A stretch of DNA of 64,000 nt, from positions 1,184,001 to 1,248,000 of the forward strand of contig CAVRAG010000008.1 of NCBI GenBank assembly GCA_963718895.1, in the 5' to 3' direction. The notes beneath the pieces are model-generated. The model was not told the origin of the DNA. It saw only the letters and a list, made by a program, of their open reading frames with translations, and made no database searches. Both the position numbers and the translations under genes were made by a program. Shown here piece after piece: positions 38,422-46,784 of this stretch. The first letter of the stretch is position 1; every line of letters starts with the position of its first letter. Source of the stretch: an uncultured Nitrososphaerota archaeon (GTDB taxonomy: Archaea; Thermoproteota; Nitrososphaeria; Nitrososphaerales; Gagatemarchaeaceae).

Positions 38422-38556
38422 CGATGGGGGTCCCTTCGGTTCTCAATGTATACGCCTTTGTCCGAACATAGTGCCTAGGCGCGGTCTGTTTCAGGGAGAT
38501 GCCGAAAGAAAGGCATGCCATGTATGGGTTCATTGCGCTTCCGCCGGGGCATATGG

Positions 38557-39405
38557 TCAAGGACAAAGGAAGGATGGACCATGAATCGCGACCGTCACGT
38601 CCGCTCCGCTCACCGTGACGTTGCCAGAAGTGGGGTAGAGCACCTGGTTGGGGCTGACGGTGTAGTTGTAACTCCCACTAGGCAGCGAAAAGACGATCAA
38701 AGAATAGTTCACGTACGCCGGTGACCATCTCGCTTCTGTGTTGGGTATGGGAATGCTCGCGTTGGCCGGCGCCGCCTCCGTCCATCCGCCGAGGGTGACC
38801 GACCAAGGAGCTTGATAGACGGTGGGAATGATGCCGCACGAACCCGTCTCCTGGAACGTCACCTGGTACAGCCGTGCCGCCGTCAGGAAGACGGAGGGCG
38901 CTGTACGGACCGTCAGGAGGAGCGAACCATCCTGCACGATCCAGTCGATGTGCAGGAACCCGCCGAACATCGTCGCGTTCGCGGGGGCGGGTAGGGCCGC
39001 GCTGAACCCTCCCGGCCATGAGAAGCTGGCGTTCTGCGGCGGGATGATCACGCAGCTTAAGCTCGGCGGGCAGTTCTGGTCTATCTCGAAGGAGACCGAG
39101 GTGCCTGAGAGCTGTGAACAGGAGACCTCGTTGGCGGTGACGCATGAGGGAGACCACGTGTCGTTGATGAGGTAGTCCCCGACCGCGAAATCCCCCGGGA
39201 TGTCCGTAGGACGCGCGACCTGCAGAGTGACGTTGCTGCCGAAGAGGTAGGTCGCCTTCGCCGTCGTCGTCACCGTGGTGGTCGTCGTGCTGGTTGTGGT
39301 CTTCGCTCCGCCGATTGCGACGAACAGGCTCGCTGAAACAAGCACCCCCGCTATGACTATCGCCGCAGCAATCATGAGATAGCTCCGAACCGGCTGAGAG
39401 CTCAA
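38557..39405 (-). CDS. Surface protein: conserved anchor + variable middle + thermopsin-like C-terminal domain
   Basis: N- and C-terminal parts align with 3843-5426; the middle is unrelated. Confidence 0.7.
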   Translation of the reverse strand: MSSQPVRSYLMIAAAIVIAGVLVSASLFVAIGGAKTTTSTTTTTVTTTAKATYLFGSNVTLQVARPTDIPGDFAVGDYLINDTWSPSCVTANEVSCSQLSGTSVSFEIDQNCPPSLSCVIIPPQNASFSWPGGFSAALPAPANATMFGGFLHIDWIVQDGSLLLTVRTAPSVFLTAARLYQVTFQETGSCGIIPTVYQAPWSVTLGGWTEAAPANASIPIPNTEARWSPAYVNYSLIVFSLPSGSYNYTVSPNQVLYPTSGNVTVSGADVTVAIHGPSFLCP

Positions 39406-39513
39406 ACCGAAGCGCCTTGAATCGTCGCGCCGGGCTTTGCGATTAATAGTTTTGTCCGAACGCCATCCCAACCCTGCGTTAAATCCCCCGCGGGCCATAA
39501 TACGCGACTGAGG

Positions 39514-39729
39514 ATGCAGTCTCCCAAACAGGAACAAGAGCTCGTGAGCATGATCGACCTGAAGGACCTCGCTCGGACCATGCTCCCAGCCTCGAGCGTC
39601 CTTAGGGACCTGATACTGTCGGATCCAGACTACCTGCCGCGCGACTCGGCCGCAGTAAAGGCGCAGACCTACGCCCGCCTGCTCTACCTGGAGCTCAAGA
39701 GTTCACGGACCGACCACCGCACCGTGTGA
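39514..39729 (+). CDS. Small hypothetical protein
   Basis: Paralog of 35412-35600. Confidence 0.65.
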   Translation: MQSPKQEQELVSMIDLKDLARTMLPASSVLRDLILSDPDYLPRDSAAVKAQTYARLLYLELKSSRTDHRTV

Positions 39730-39923
39730 TCCGCGCTTTCCCCGCTGGTCGGACAGCAGTGGATACAAGCTAAGTTCGTCGCCCGACCCGCCCGCGGGCA
39801 TCTGCGAATCCGCGACAGAGGAATCCTTATCACTCGGCGCGTTGAAATCCGACGCGGAGGTCAAGCAAGTGAGATACTCACCGAAATCTCCTCCTCTATC
39901 CCCACCTAAAATGGTAGGTAAAT

Positions 39924-39942
39924 GTCCGGCCGCCCCCACCAC
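39924..39942 (+). repeat. attR-like copy of the tRNA-Trp 3' end
   Basis: 19/19 identity to 8429-8447. Confidence 0.9.
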
Positions 39943-40027
39943 CTTTGACTTGCAGAGCGGCCGCTGAAGCCCCTCACGATTATAGACTTAATGCTGGCGA
40001 GATTGGCGCCATTCGCGGGCCCACATC

Positions 40028-40228
40028 TTGGCAGAGTCAGAGACCGAATCCCTCGAGTCTCCGGAAGTGACGGGGACCGAAGAGGAGCTGTACGAGTGGT
40101 TCTGGGACAGAGTCCAGAACAAATGGGTCAAGATAACGGCTTCGAACAGCCAGGGAAGGCGCTGTGGTCGTTGCGGGTGTAGCTGTCCCTGCACGTGCCC
40201 TGACTGTCTGTATCAGTGCTGCTCATAG
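40028..40228 (+). CDS. Small Cys-rich (metallothionein-like) peptide
   Basis: C-term CGRCGCSCPCTCPDCLYQCC. Confidence 0.4.
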   Translation: MAESETESLESPEVTGTEEELYEWFWDRVQNKWVKITASNSQGRRCGRCGCSCPCTCPDCLYQCCS

Positions 40229-40352
40229 AGGTTCGTTAGGCTCTCTTCGCCACGGGCCAACTTTCATGCGACCGTCGCGGCGGAACTCAACTCGGGGATG
40301 TCTCCCCGCTTTGCCATGATGGATTAATATCGGTCCAGACAGGTTTCCAGCT

Positions 40353-40829
40353 GTGCTGGACTTCGTTCCGATGTCGCAGGAAGGATACGAATCGTGGAGG
40401 GAGACTTCAATCACAGGGTACGCCGAAGAGAACATCGTATCCGGAAGGTGGACCTCACAAGAAGCCCAGTCGAGATCGGAGCAGGAGTTCGCCAAGCTCC
40501 TCCCCTACGGCCTATCGACGCCTGACAACTATGTCTACTCGCTCGTCGAGGCTCAGACTTCCGAGCCAGTTGGGATGATCTGGTTCGCCTTGGTCCGGGA
40601 GAAGGGAGAGAAGGGGCACGCCTTCCTCTACGACTTCCGCGTCTTCGAGGCATACCGCCGAAGAGGCTACGCCACACAGGCCCTGCTCCGCCTCGACGAG
40701 CGCGTCAGAGCGATGGGGATAAGCGCGATATCGTTGCACGTGTTCGCGCACAACACGGCCGCGAGGGACCTGTACGCGAAGCTCGGGTACAAGGAGACCA
40801 ACATCATCATGTCCAAGGAACTGAAGTGA
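40353..40829 (+). CDS. GNAT N-acetyltransferase
   Basis: YRRRGYA; LHVFAHNTAARDLYAKLGY. Confidence 0.9.
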   Translation: MLDFVPMSQEGYESWRETSITGYAEENIVSGRWTSQEAQSRSEQEFAKLLPYGLSTPDNYVYSLVEAQTSEPVGMIWFALVREKGEKGHAFLYDFRVFEAYRRRGYATQALLRLDERVRAMGISAISLHVFAHNTAARDLYAKLGYKETNIIMSKELK

Positions 40830-40875
40830 CCGTGAGCGCTCCGAGGCCAGAGTTCACGTAGCTCTACTCGCGCAT

Positions 40876-41481
40876 CTACTTTTCCAGTGGGCTGGCATCG
40901 CTCACGAAGACGGGGAGAAATCCGAGGCAGACGAGGTCGTCTGCCGTGTACCATGGCCCCTCCCTCCATATCGCGGCCCTGCATGCCACCGACGCCCCGG
41001 CCTTGTTGGCCAGCTCCTCGAGAGCGCTCAGGGTCGCGCCGGTCGAGACGACATCATCTAGCAGGCAGACCCGCTTTCCGGAGAGCCACCGCATCTCCTC
41101 CGTGGTCAGAAGGAGCTCCTGCTCCGCCCTTGTGGTGATCGACTTGAGCTTCTGGGCCGCGTAGTCCCCCATGTACGACTTGATGCTCTTGCGTGCGACC
41201 ACGAAACGATCGCGGCCCAGCCTCTTGGACAGTTCGTATGCCAGCGCTATCGACTTTGCCTCGGCCGTCAAGACGGCGTCGATCTTGAGCGGCCGAATCT
41301 TCTTCGCGAGTTGTCCGGCCGCTACGGATAGGAAGCGGACGTCACCCAGGATCAGTGCGGCGTCCGACGCTATCCAGGTGTGTGGGTCTATCTGGACCAC
41401 CGGCAGCCTCCAGACGAGGTCGGAGAGCCTGACGACGAGCTCGGTCTGTCCTGTGTACTTCATCACGGGCGCCACTGGCAA
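40876..41481 (-). CDS. Purine (adenine-type) phosphoribosyltransferase
   Basis: PRPP-binding LLDDVVSTGAT; AEAKSI; VARK. Confidence 0.85.
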   Translation of the reverse strand: MPVAPVMKYTGQTELVVRLSDLVWRLPVVQIDPHTWIASDAALILGDVRFLSVAAGQLAKKIRPLKIDAVLTAEAKSIALAYELSKRLGRDRFVVARKSIKSYMGDYAAQKLKSITTRAEQELLLTTEEMRWLSGKRVCLLDDVVSTGATLSALEELANKAGASVACRAAIWREGPWYTADDLVCLGFLPVFVSDASPLEK

Positions 41482-41529
41482 GACGCAGGGCCAGCTAACC
41501 CGCGATATATGTCCTCGACTCGAGACTGG

Positions 41530-43123
41530 CTACTCTGGTGGGATTTCCTTGTAAGCCAGCGTGACGTCGATTCCCTTGCCCGCGTAGTAGCGCTTGCACC
41601 CGAAGTAGAGGGCGAGGCCGGCTATGAACGAAGCGACGACGTAGCCATAGGCGTAGTAGTATCCGGCGATGCCGTTGATGACAGTCGACGTCCCCCAGAC
41701 CGCCGGGGAGGCGAGGAACTGGTAGGTGATGTATGAGAAGACAACGGCCATGAGAGCGCCACACAGGATGAGCAGGCTCTTGACCCGGCCCTGCTCGTTC
41801 CTGGCCCCGTGCAGTATGGCCGTTATGCCGATGAAGACGAAGTAGATCATCGCCGCGATCACGCCCGCGAACAGCGCCTGCAGCGTCCCATAGAATGCCG
41901 AGACGACCCCCACCAGCGACACGGTCAGGATCAGCACGATCGCCTGGGCGACGATTGGGGAGCCGGTCTGTGCGTTGACGTGGGCGACTTTGGCGGGCAG
42001 GAATCGGTCGAACCCCTGGGCGAGTAGGTATCTCGAGATCACAATCACGCCGTACGCGAGGATGCCGACGTTCCAGAGGATCCACGAGGCGCCTATGAAG
42101 GCCTTGAGCGCCATGCTGCCTGCTGACGCCCATCGCGAGCGTCCAGAAGTTGAACGAGTAGTTGAAGACGAGCGCTCCGTTGGATAGCGCGGCGTTGGTA
42201 AAGGCGAAGCCTCCGACGTAGTACATGGTGGCGAAGGCACCGGTCAGGAGCACGAGCACCAGCATCGAGGCCAGGGGCACGTTCCACTTCGCTGTCCCGG
42301 TGCCCTTGAGCTCCGAGCCGACCGCCGGCCCTGCGTTAATCCATGGATAGACGAATATCGCGAAGAACGGGAGGATCGAGATGGTAGCGCCGAGGTCAAA
42401 GGTCGACCCAGTGTACGAGCTGACCAGGGAGTTGTACGTGATCGGGTTGTTGCTGAAGTCCACCGCGCCTATGTTGTTTATGTAGCTCGCGACGCCGCTC
42501 TGGCCCGCAGACAGCAGGGTGGCAATCGCGGTGAGGATTCCGACCACGCCGAGCAGGATGGTCACCGTGACGATCTTGTATCCTATCTTCGGCCTTACCA
42601 TGTTGGCCAGGATGAGTATCGCGAAGATCGCCGCCCCGACTGCAAACTGCTCGGACGGCGCCGATCCCGGAATGGTTCCCGGGAGCGAGAGGCCGTGGAA
42701 ACTCGCGTTGCCCAACGCGACTCCCACCGAACCAATGGCGAAGACCATCGAGAGCACGATGAGGGCGAAGTAGACCTGGGTCTCGAGCACGTAGCCCATG
42801 AAAGACAGCGATCCGCCGAGAGCGCCGCCCAGTTGGCGTGTGATCCAGACATAGTCGCCTCCGGTCCTCTTTATTCGGCTCCCCATGAGAGAGTAGACAA
42901 CTATCTGCGGGACCGAGAGGATGAACGCTATGATGGAGGCGTAGACGAGGTTCACGCCTGCAACGGAGGTAAGCGAGGCCATGGTGAACCCGATCGTGGC
43001 GAGCGCAGCGCCCGCCGACATGTTCCCCATGTTCAGGGTCAGGGCGTCGAGCAGGGAAACGTTCTTCACGAGCCCCGTGCTCTCTCTAACAAAGACCGCA
43101 GGCTTCACCTTGTCGGCCATCAA
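41530..43123 (-). CDS. APC-family amino acid permease; frameshift near 42120
   Basis: FVRESTGLVK, RTGGDYVWITR; C-terminal half in the second frame (SRYLLAQGFDRFLP). Confidence 0.85.
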
Positions 43124-43292
43124 GAATGTCGCAAAAAGAATAGTGTATTTAATTGTGATTTCGCACGTAGTCGTTAAAACGGTCGCAATTTGCTAACGCG
43201 GAGTTTTGGACCGGTGGCAACAGTCCATTGACCCGACGAGTCTCATCGCGAAACAGTCGGGATAATAAACAGGGCCGCGACCGCGCAACGTC

Positions 43293-43919
43293 TTGGCCCG
43301 GCTGGATCGTTCATTCTACTCGAGATACACGCCAGACGTCGCCAGAGAACTCCTCGGGTCCGTCCTCGTCAGAGTGATTGACGGCATGGTCCTACGGTCG
43401 AGAGTCGTCGAGGTCGAAGCATACCGAGGCGCCGACGACCCCGCGAGCCATGCGTACAGGGGTCTGACCAAGAGGACCGCGGTCATGTTCGGGGAGCCCG
43501 GGCACGCCTACGTCTACTTCACCTACGGGTTCCACTACTGCCTCAACCTTACCACGGAGACAGAGGGCGAGCCCGGAGCGGTGCTGATCCGGGCGGTCGA
43601 GCCGCTGGAAGGTGTCGAGGAGATGAAGAGGAGGCGAGGCGTCGAGGAGATCACGAACCTCACCAACGGACCCGGCAAGCTCACAAAGGCAATGGGCATA
43701 GACCTCCGCCTGAACGGTGAGGACCTAGTCGAATCGGAGGAGCTCTTCCTGCTCTCCGGTCGCCGGAACGGTAAGGTCGCGGTCTCGACCCGCATAGGAG
43801 TCAGCTCGGGCCGTGAGAGGCTGTGGAGATACTACGTGGAAGACAATCCTTTCGTCTCGGGCGGGAGAATGCATAACTACCACACGCGCGAATCGGCGAG
43901 GAGAGGGGTCGTCGGCTGA
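43293..43919 (+). CDS. DNA-3-methyladenine glycosylase (MPG/AAG family)
   Basis: VEVEAY, DPASH, YVYFTYG, GAVLIRAVEP, NGPGKL, RIG. Confidence 0.92.
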   Translation: MARLDRSFYSRYTPDVARELLGSVLVRVIDGMVLRSRVVEVEAYRGADDPASHAYRGLTKRTAVMFGEPGHAYVYFTYGFHYCLNLTTETEGEPGAVLIRAVEPLEGVEEMKRRRGVEEITNLTNGPGKLTKAMGIDLRLNGEDLVESEELFLLSGRRNGKVAVSTRIGVSSGRERLWRYYVEDNPFVSGGRMHNYHTRESARRGVVG

Positions 43920-44052
43920 GATCGTTCGGGACAACCTGACGTTCCAACGAGACCAGTCTGGTCAAGGCTTCAAGCCTTGGGTGATCCGTCAGACCTTCTC
44001 TCTGACGGACAAAGATCGCTTGAGAGCGCCGGTTCAAATCCGGCCGACCCCA
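43905..44052 (+). tRNA. tRNA-Pro(TGG) with two introns (D-arm and 37/38)
   Basis: Removing two hairpin inserts gives GGGGTCGTCGGCT|AGTCTGGTCAAGGCTTCAAGCCTTGGG|CGCTTGAGAGCGCCGGTTCAAATCCGGCCGACCCCA. Confidence 0.85.
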
Positions 44053-44113
44053 TCATTGTCGCGAAAAGTGGTAGTCTTATTAGTTCATTGCGGCCCGAGG
44101 TGAATGACGAGCA

Positions 44114-44467
44114 TTGAAGATCGGCTCTGTCGTGATAGACTGCGTTGATTTTGAAAGGATGTTGGCGTTCTGGCAGGAGGCGCTCCGCTACGTCCCCAGG
44201 TCGCCGGCCAAGGACGGGTGGGTGATTCTCCGAGACCCCGAAGGAAGAAACGTCAGCGTGTCCCTGAATCAGGATCCTGAGAGAGCCCAGGGCAGGAACT
44301 GGCTGCACTTCGACCTCTATGCCGAGGACCAAGAGGGCGAGGTGGAGAGGCTGCTCAGACTGGGAGCGAGGCGCCATCCCCAGTCCTATAGGGGGGATGA
44401 AGACTTCCTCGTTCTCGAGGATCCCGACGGGAACCTGTTCTGCGTGGTCGACACCAGCGGACGATGA
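44114..44467 (+). CDS. VOC/glyoxalase family protein
   Basis: VVIDC..FW, NWLHFDL, VLEDPDGNLFCV. Confidence 0.9.
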   Translation: MKIGSVVIDCVDFERMLAFWQEALRYVPRSPAKDGWVILRDPEGRNVSVSLNQDPERAQGRNWLHFDLYAEDQEGEVERLLRLGARRHPQSYRGDEDFLVLEDPDGNLFCVVDTSGR

Positions 44468-44499
44468 AGCCGGAAGAATCCCGTGCGACCTCCGACCCG

Positions 44500-45996
44500 T
44501 CACTTCGCCTCTGGTGTGGGTGCCATCGTGCTGGTGTCCTCCTCCTCGTCCTCAGGGTAGGCTACCTCCCCGTGTATCGCGAAGTCTCCGACCTTGAGCA
44601 CCGATTCGGTCTCCCGAAGCGGGATCATCTTCCCTACCACCTTGAAGATGGTGAACGTGACACAGAAGCTGTAGACAATTGTCACCCCGGCCGCGAAGAC
44701 CTGGATCTCCAACTGGTAGAAGTTCCCGAAGATTGCCCCGGTGAGGCCAGGGTAGACATACTGGCTCACGTTGGGATCGGCGAGGACTCCGGTCAGGAGT
44801 CCTCCCGTCAGGCCCGCGACTCCGTGACCCGGGAAGACGCCCAGCGGATCGTCGACCTTTAGACGAGGCATCAGCTTGTACATCGCCAGCCAGGGGATGA
44901 TGCCCGAGCAGATCCCAATTATGATGGCACCCCAGCCGCTCACGTAGCCCGCCGCTGGAGTGATAGCCACCAGGCCGGTGATCGCTCCCGTCATGGCTCC
45001 GGTGAGGCTCGGCCTGCCGAACCCCTTCATGTCCATGCACATCCAGACGATGGCGCTCACAGCGGTGGCAAGGTCGGTGTTCAGGACGGCTATGGAGGCG
45101 TCGATCGAGCTGCCGTAGGGGTCGCCCCCGTTGAAGCCGTTCCACCCGAGCCAGACCAGGCCGCAGCCTATGAGGACGAACATGAGGTTGTTCGGCCTCA
45201 CACCCCTCTTGCCTAGCGCCCTCGGGCCGATGGCGAGAGCCGCGGCCAGACCTGCTATCCCCGCATCGAGGTGGATGACGAACCCTCCGGAGAAGTCGAC
45301 GGCGCCCATCTGGTTCAGCCAGCCACCCGCGAACATCCAGTAGGCAAGCGGGCTGTAGACCAGGAGGGACCAGACCGGTACGATTACGAGCCACGCCTTG
45401 AAGCTCATCCTCTCGATGATGGCTCCGATGAAGAGGATTGGCGTGATAGCCGCGAAGACGAACTGGAACCAGACGACCGTAGACGTCGGGAGATTGAGAG
45501 CCAGCTGCATCGGACCGACCAGCGCCTGCGAACCCTCGGTGAGCCCCGGAGCGACCGACGAGAGAGTGCCCAAGATCCCGTACTTGCCGATCGTGATCGA
45601 GGCCGCCCCGAAACCGAGGTTGTATCCGGCAAGAATCCAGACTACAAGCACGGCCGCGAAGGCGTAGAAGGTCATCATGGCTGTGTTGAGCGCGAACTTC
45701 TTCCTCGACAGGCCTCCGTAGTACAGTGCCAGCCCGGGGACGCTCATGAGGCCCACCAGCGTCGCCGCCGTGAGCATCCAGGCGTTGCTCCCTGTGTCAA
45801 GCCAGTTTGGCACCGCGGGGGCCGGGAAGCTGTTGAGGTTCGACGGAGGCGTAGTGGGCTGGGCCCCCGCCGCGTGCACCCCGAGTACGGTCAGCGCCAT
45901 CGCGAAGACTGCGAGGAGGGCGACGGCGCGCCAATCTCCAAGAGTTCCAAGAATCTTGCGGGTCGTGCTCTCTCGTAGAGAGGGCGAACTGTTCAA
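44500..45996 (-). CDS. amt: Ammonium transporter
   Basis: [46 protein letters not shown]. Confidence 0.95.
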   Translation of the reverse strand: MNSSPSLRESTTRKILGTLGDWRAVALLAVFAMALTVLGVHAAGAQPTTPPSNLNSFPAPAVPNWLDTGSNAWMLTAATLVGLMSVPGLALYYGGLSRKKFALNTAMMTFYAFAAVLVVWILAGYNLGFGAASITIGKYGILGTLSSVAPGLTEGSQALVGPMQLALNLPTSTVVWFQFVFAAITPILFIGAIIERMSFKAWLVIVPVWSLLVYSPLAYWMFAGGWLNQMGAVDFSGGFVIHLDAGIAGLAAALAIGPRALGKRGVRPNNLMFVLIGCGLVWLGWNGFNGGDPYGSSIDASIAVLNTDLATAVSAIVWMCMDMKGFGRPSLTGAMTGAITGLVAITPAAGYVSGWGAIIIGICSGIIPWLAMYKLMPRLKVDDPLGVFPGHGVAGLTGGLLTGVLADPNVSQYVYPGLTGAIFGNFYQLEIQVFAAGVTIVYSFCVTFTIFKVVGKMIPLRETESVLKVGDFAIHGEVAYPEDEEEDTSTMAPTPEAK

Positions 45997-46175
45997 TTCG
46001 GTCGGCCTAAACTGGCAGTATATTTAACCATTGCATCGCCATCTTTACAATTGATAACAAAACAGTATTGTTGTTGCACGTATGTGCAGTCGTGTTAAAT
46101 ATCATTGTACATCGTCAAACATACTAGAGAAGGAAGAAGAATGCAGATGGCAGCGCGGTCGTCTTCCTTCCAAGA

Positions 46176-46784
46176 GTGGGTGTGCAATCGCGCGTTGTGC
46201 GTGTTCGACGTACACGGGGCTATATACCAAGGTTGGCTCTTACTCTGTTGGATTCCACGAGGGTCTGTAAGAAATGCGGCAGGGAGCTGTCGGTTTCGTG
46301 CTTCTACCAGTCGCCTAGGTCAGGAACAAGATACAGTTGCAAAGAATGTTTTCTAAGGATGGGCGCAAACTATAGGAAATCACATAGAGAAAGTAAGAAG
46401 CGATGCTACAGAGATTACTCGATCAAGAATCCCGGAGGGCGATGGGCCATCGCCTGCCTCGCTGGGCACAGAAGGAGAGGGTTCACGACGGAGATTATAA
46501 CAAGGGAACTCTACCAGATGGCTTCGGCGACGGAGATGTGTTACATATGTGACATGCAATTGAACTGGGAGCTAGGAAACAAAGGTAAGATAAAGAGCAA
46601 CAGCCCCACATTGGATAGACTTGACAATGAGAAGGTGATAAGGAAGGACAACGTCGTGATTCTCTGTTACCGATGCAACGCAACCAAATGCGACAGAAGT
46701 ATGGGCGAGTTCCTATTGTATTGCTATTCAGTGGTCGCTAAACTTCACTCACACTTCGAATATCCACAGCTTGTGCATTTATAG
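46176..46784 (+). CDS. Free-standing HNH-type endonuclease with N-terminal Zn finger (start uncertain)
   Basis: CKKC..CKEC; CYIC; SPTLDRLDN...DNVVILCYRCNATK; lower GC. Confidence 0.75.
   Translation: MGVQSRVVRVRRTRGYIPRLALTLLDSTRVCKKCGRELSVSCFYQSPRSGTRYSCKECFLRMGANYRKSHRESKKRCYRDYSIKNPGGRWAIACLAGHRRRGFTTEIITRELYQMASATEMCYICDMQLNWELGNKGKIKSNSPTLDRLDNEKVIRKDNVVILCYRCNATKCDRSMGEFLLYCYSVVAKLHSHFEYPQLVHL

Larger units (their letters stand above)
8429..39942. mobile_element. ~31.5-kb integrative (possibly conjugative-type) element inserted at the tRNA-Trp 3' end
   Basis: 19-bp direct repeat GTCCGGCCGCCCCCACCAC at 8429-8447 and 39924-39942; adjacent integrase; ArdC-like and TA genes inside; housekeeping genes resume after 39.95 kb. 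Confidence 0.9.

Noticed and set aside
28123-39461. Classical integron (IntI/attC)
   Set aside because: The repeats lack the attC R''/R' consensus and long palindromic fold, and I could not recognise an IntI-specific insertion in either integrase. Retained only as an integron-like hypothesis.
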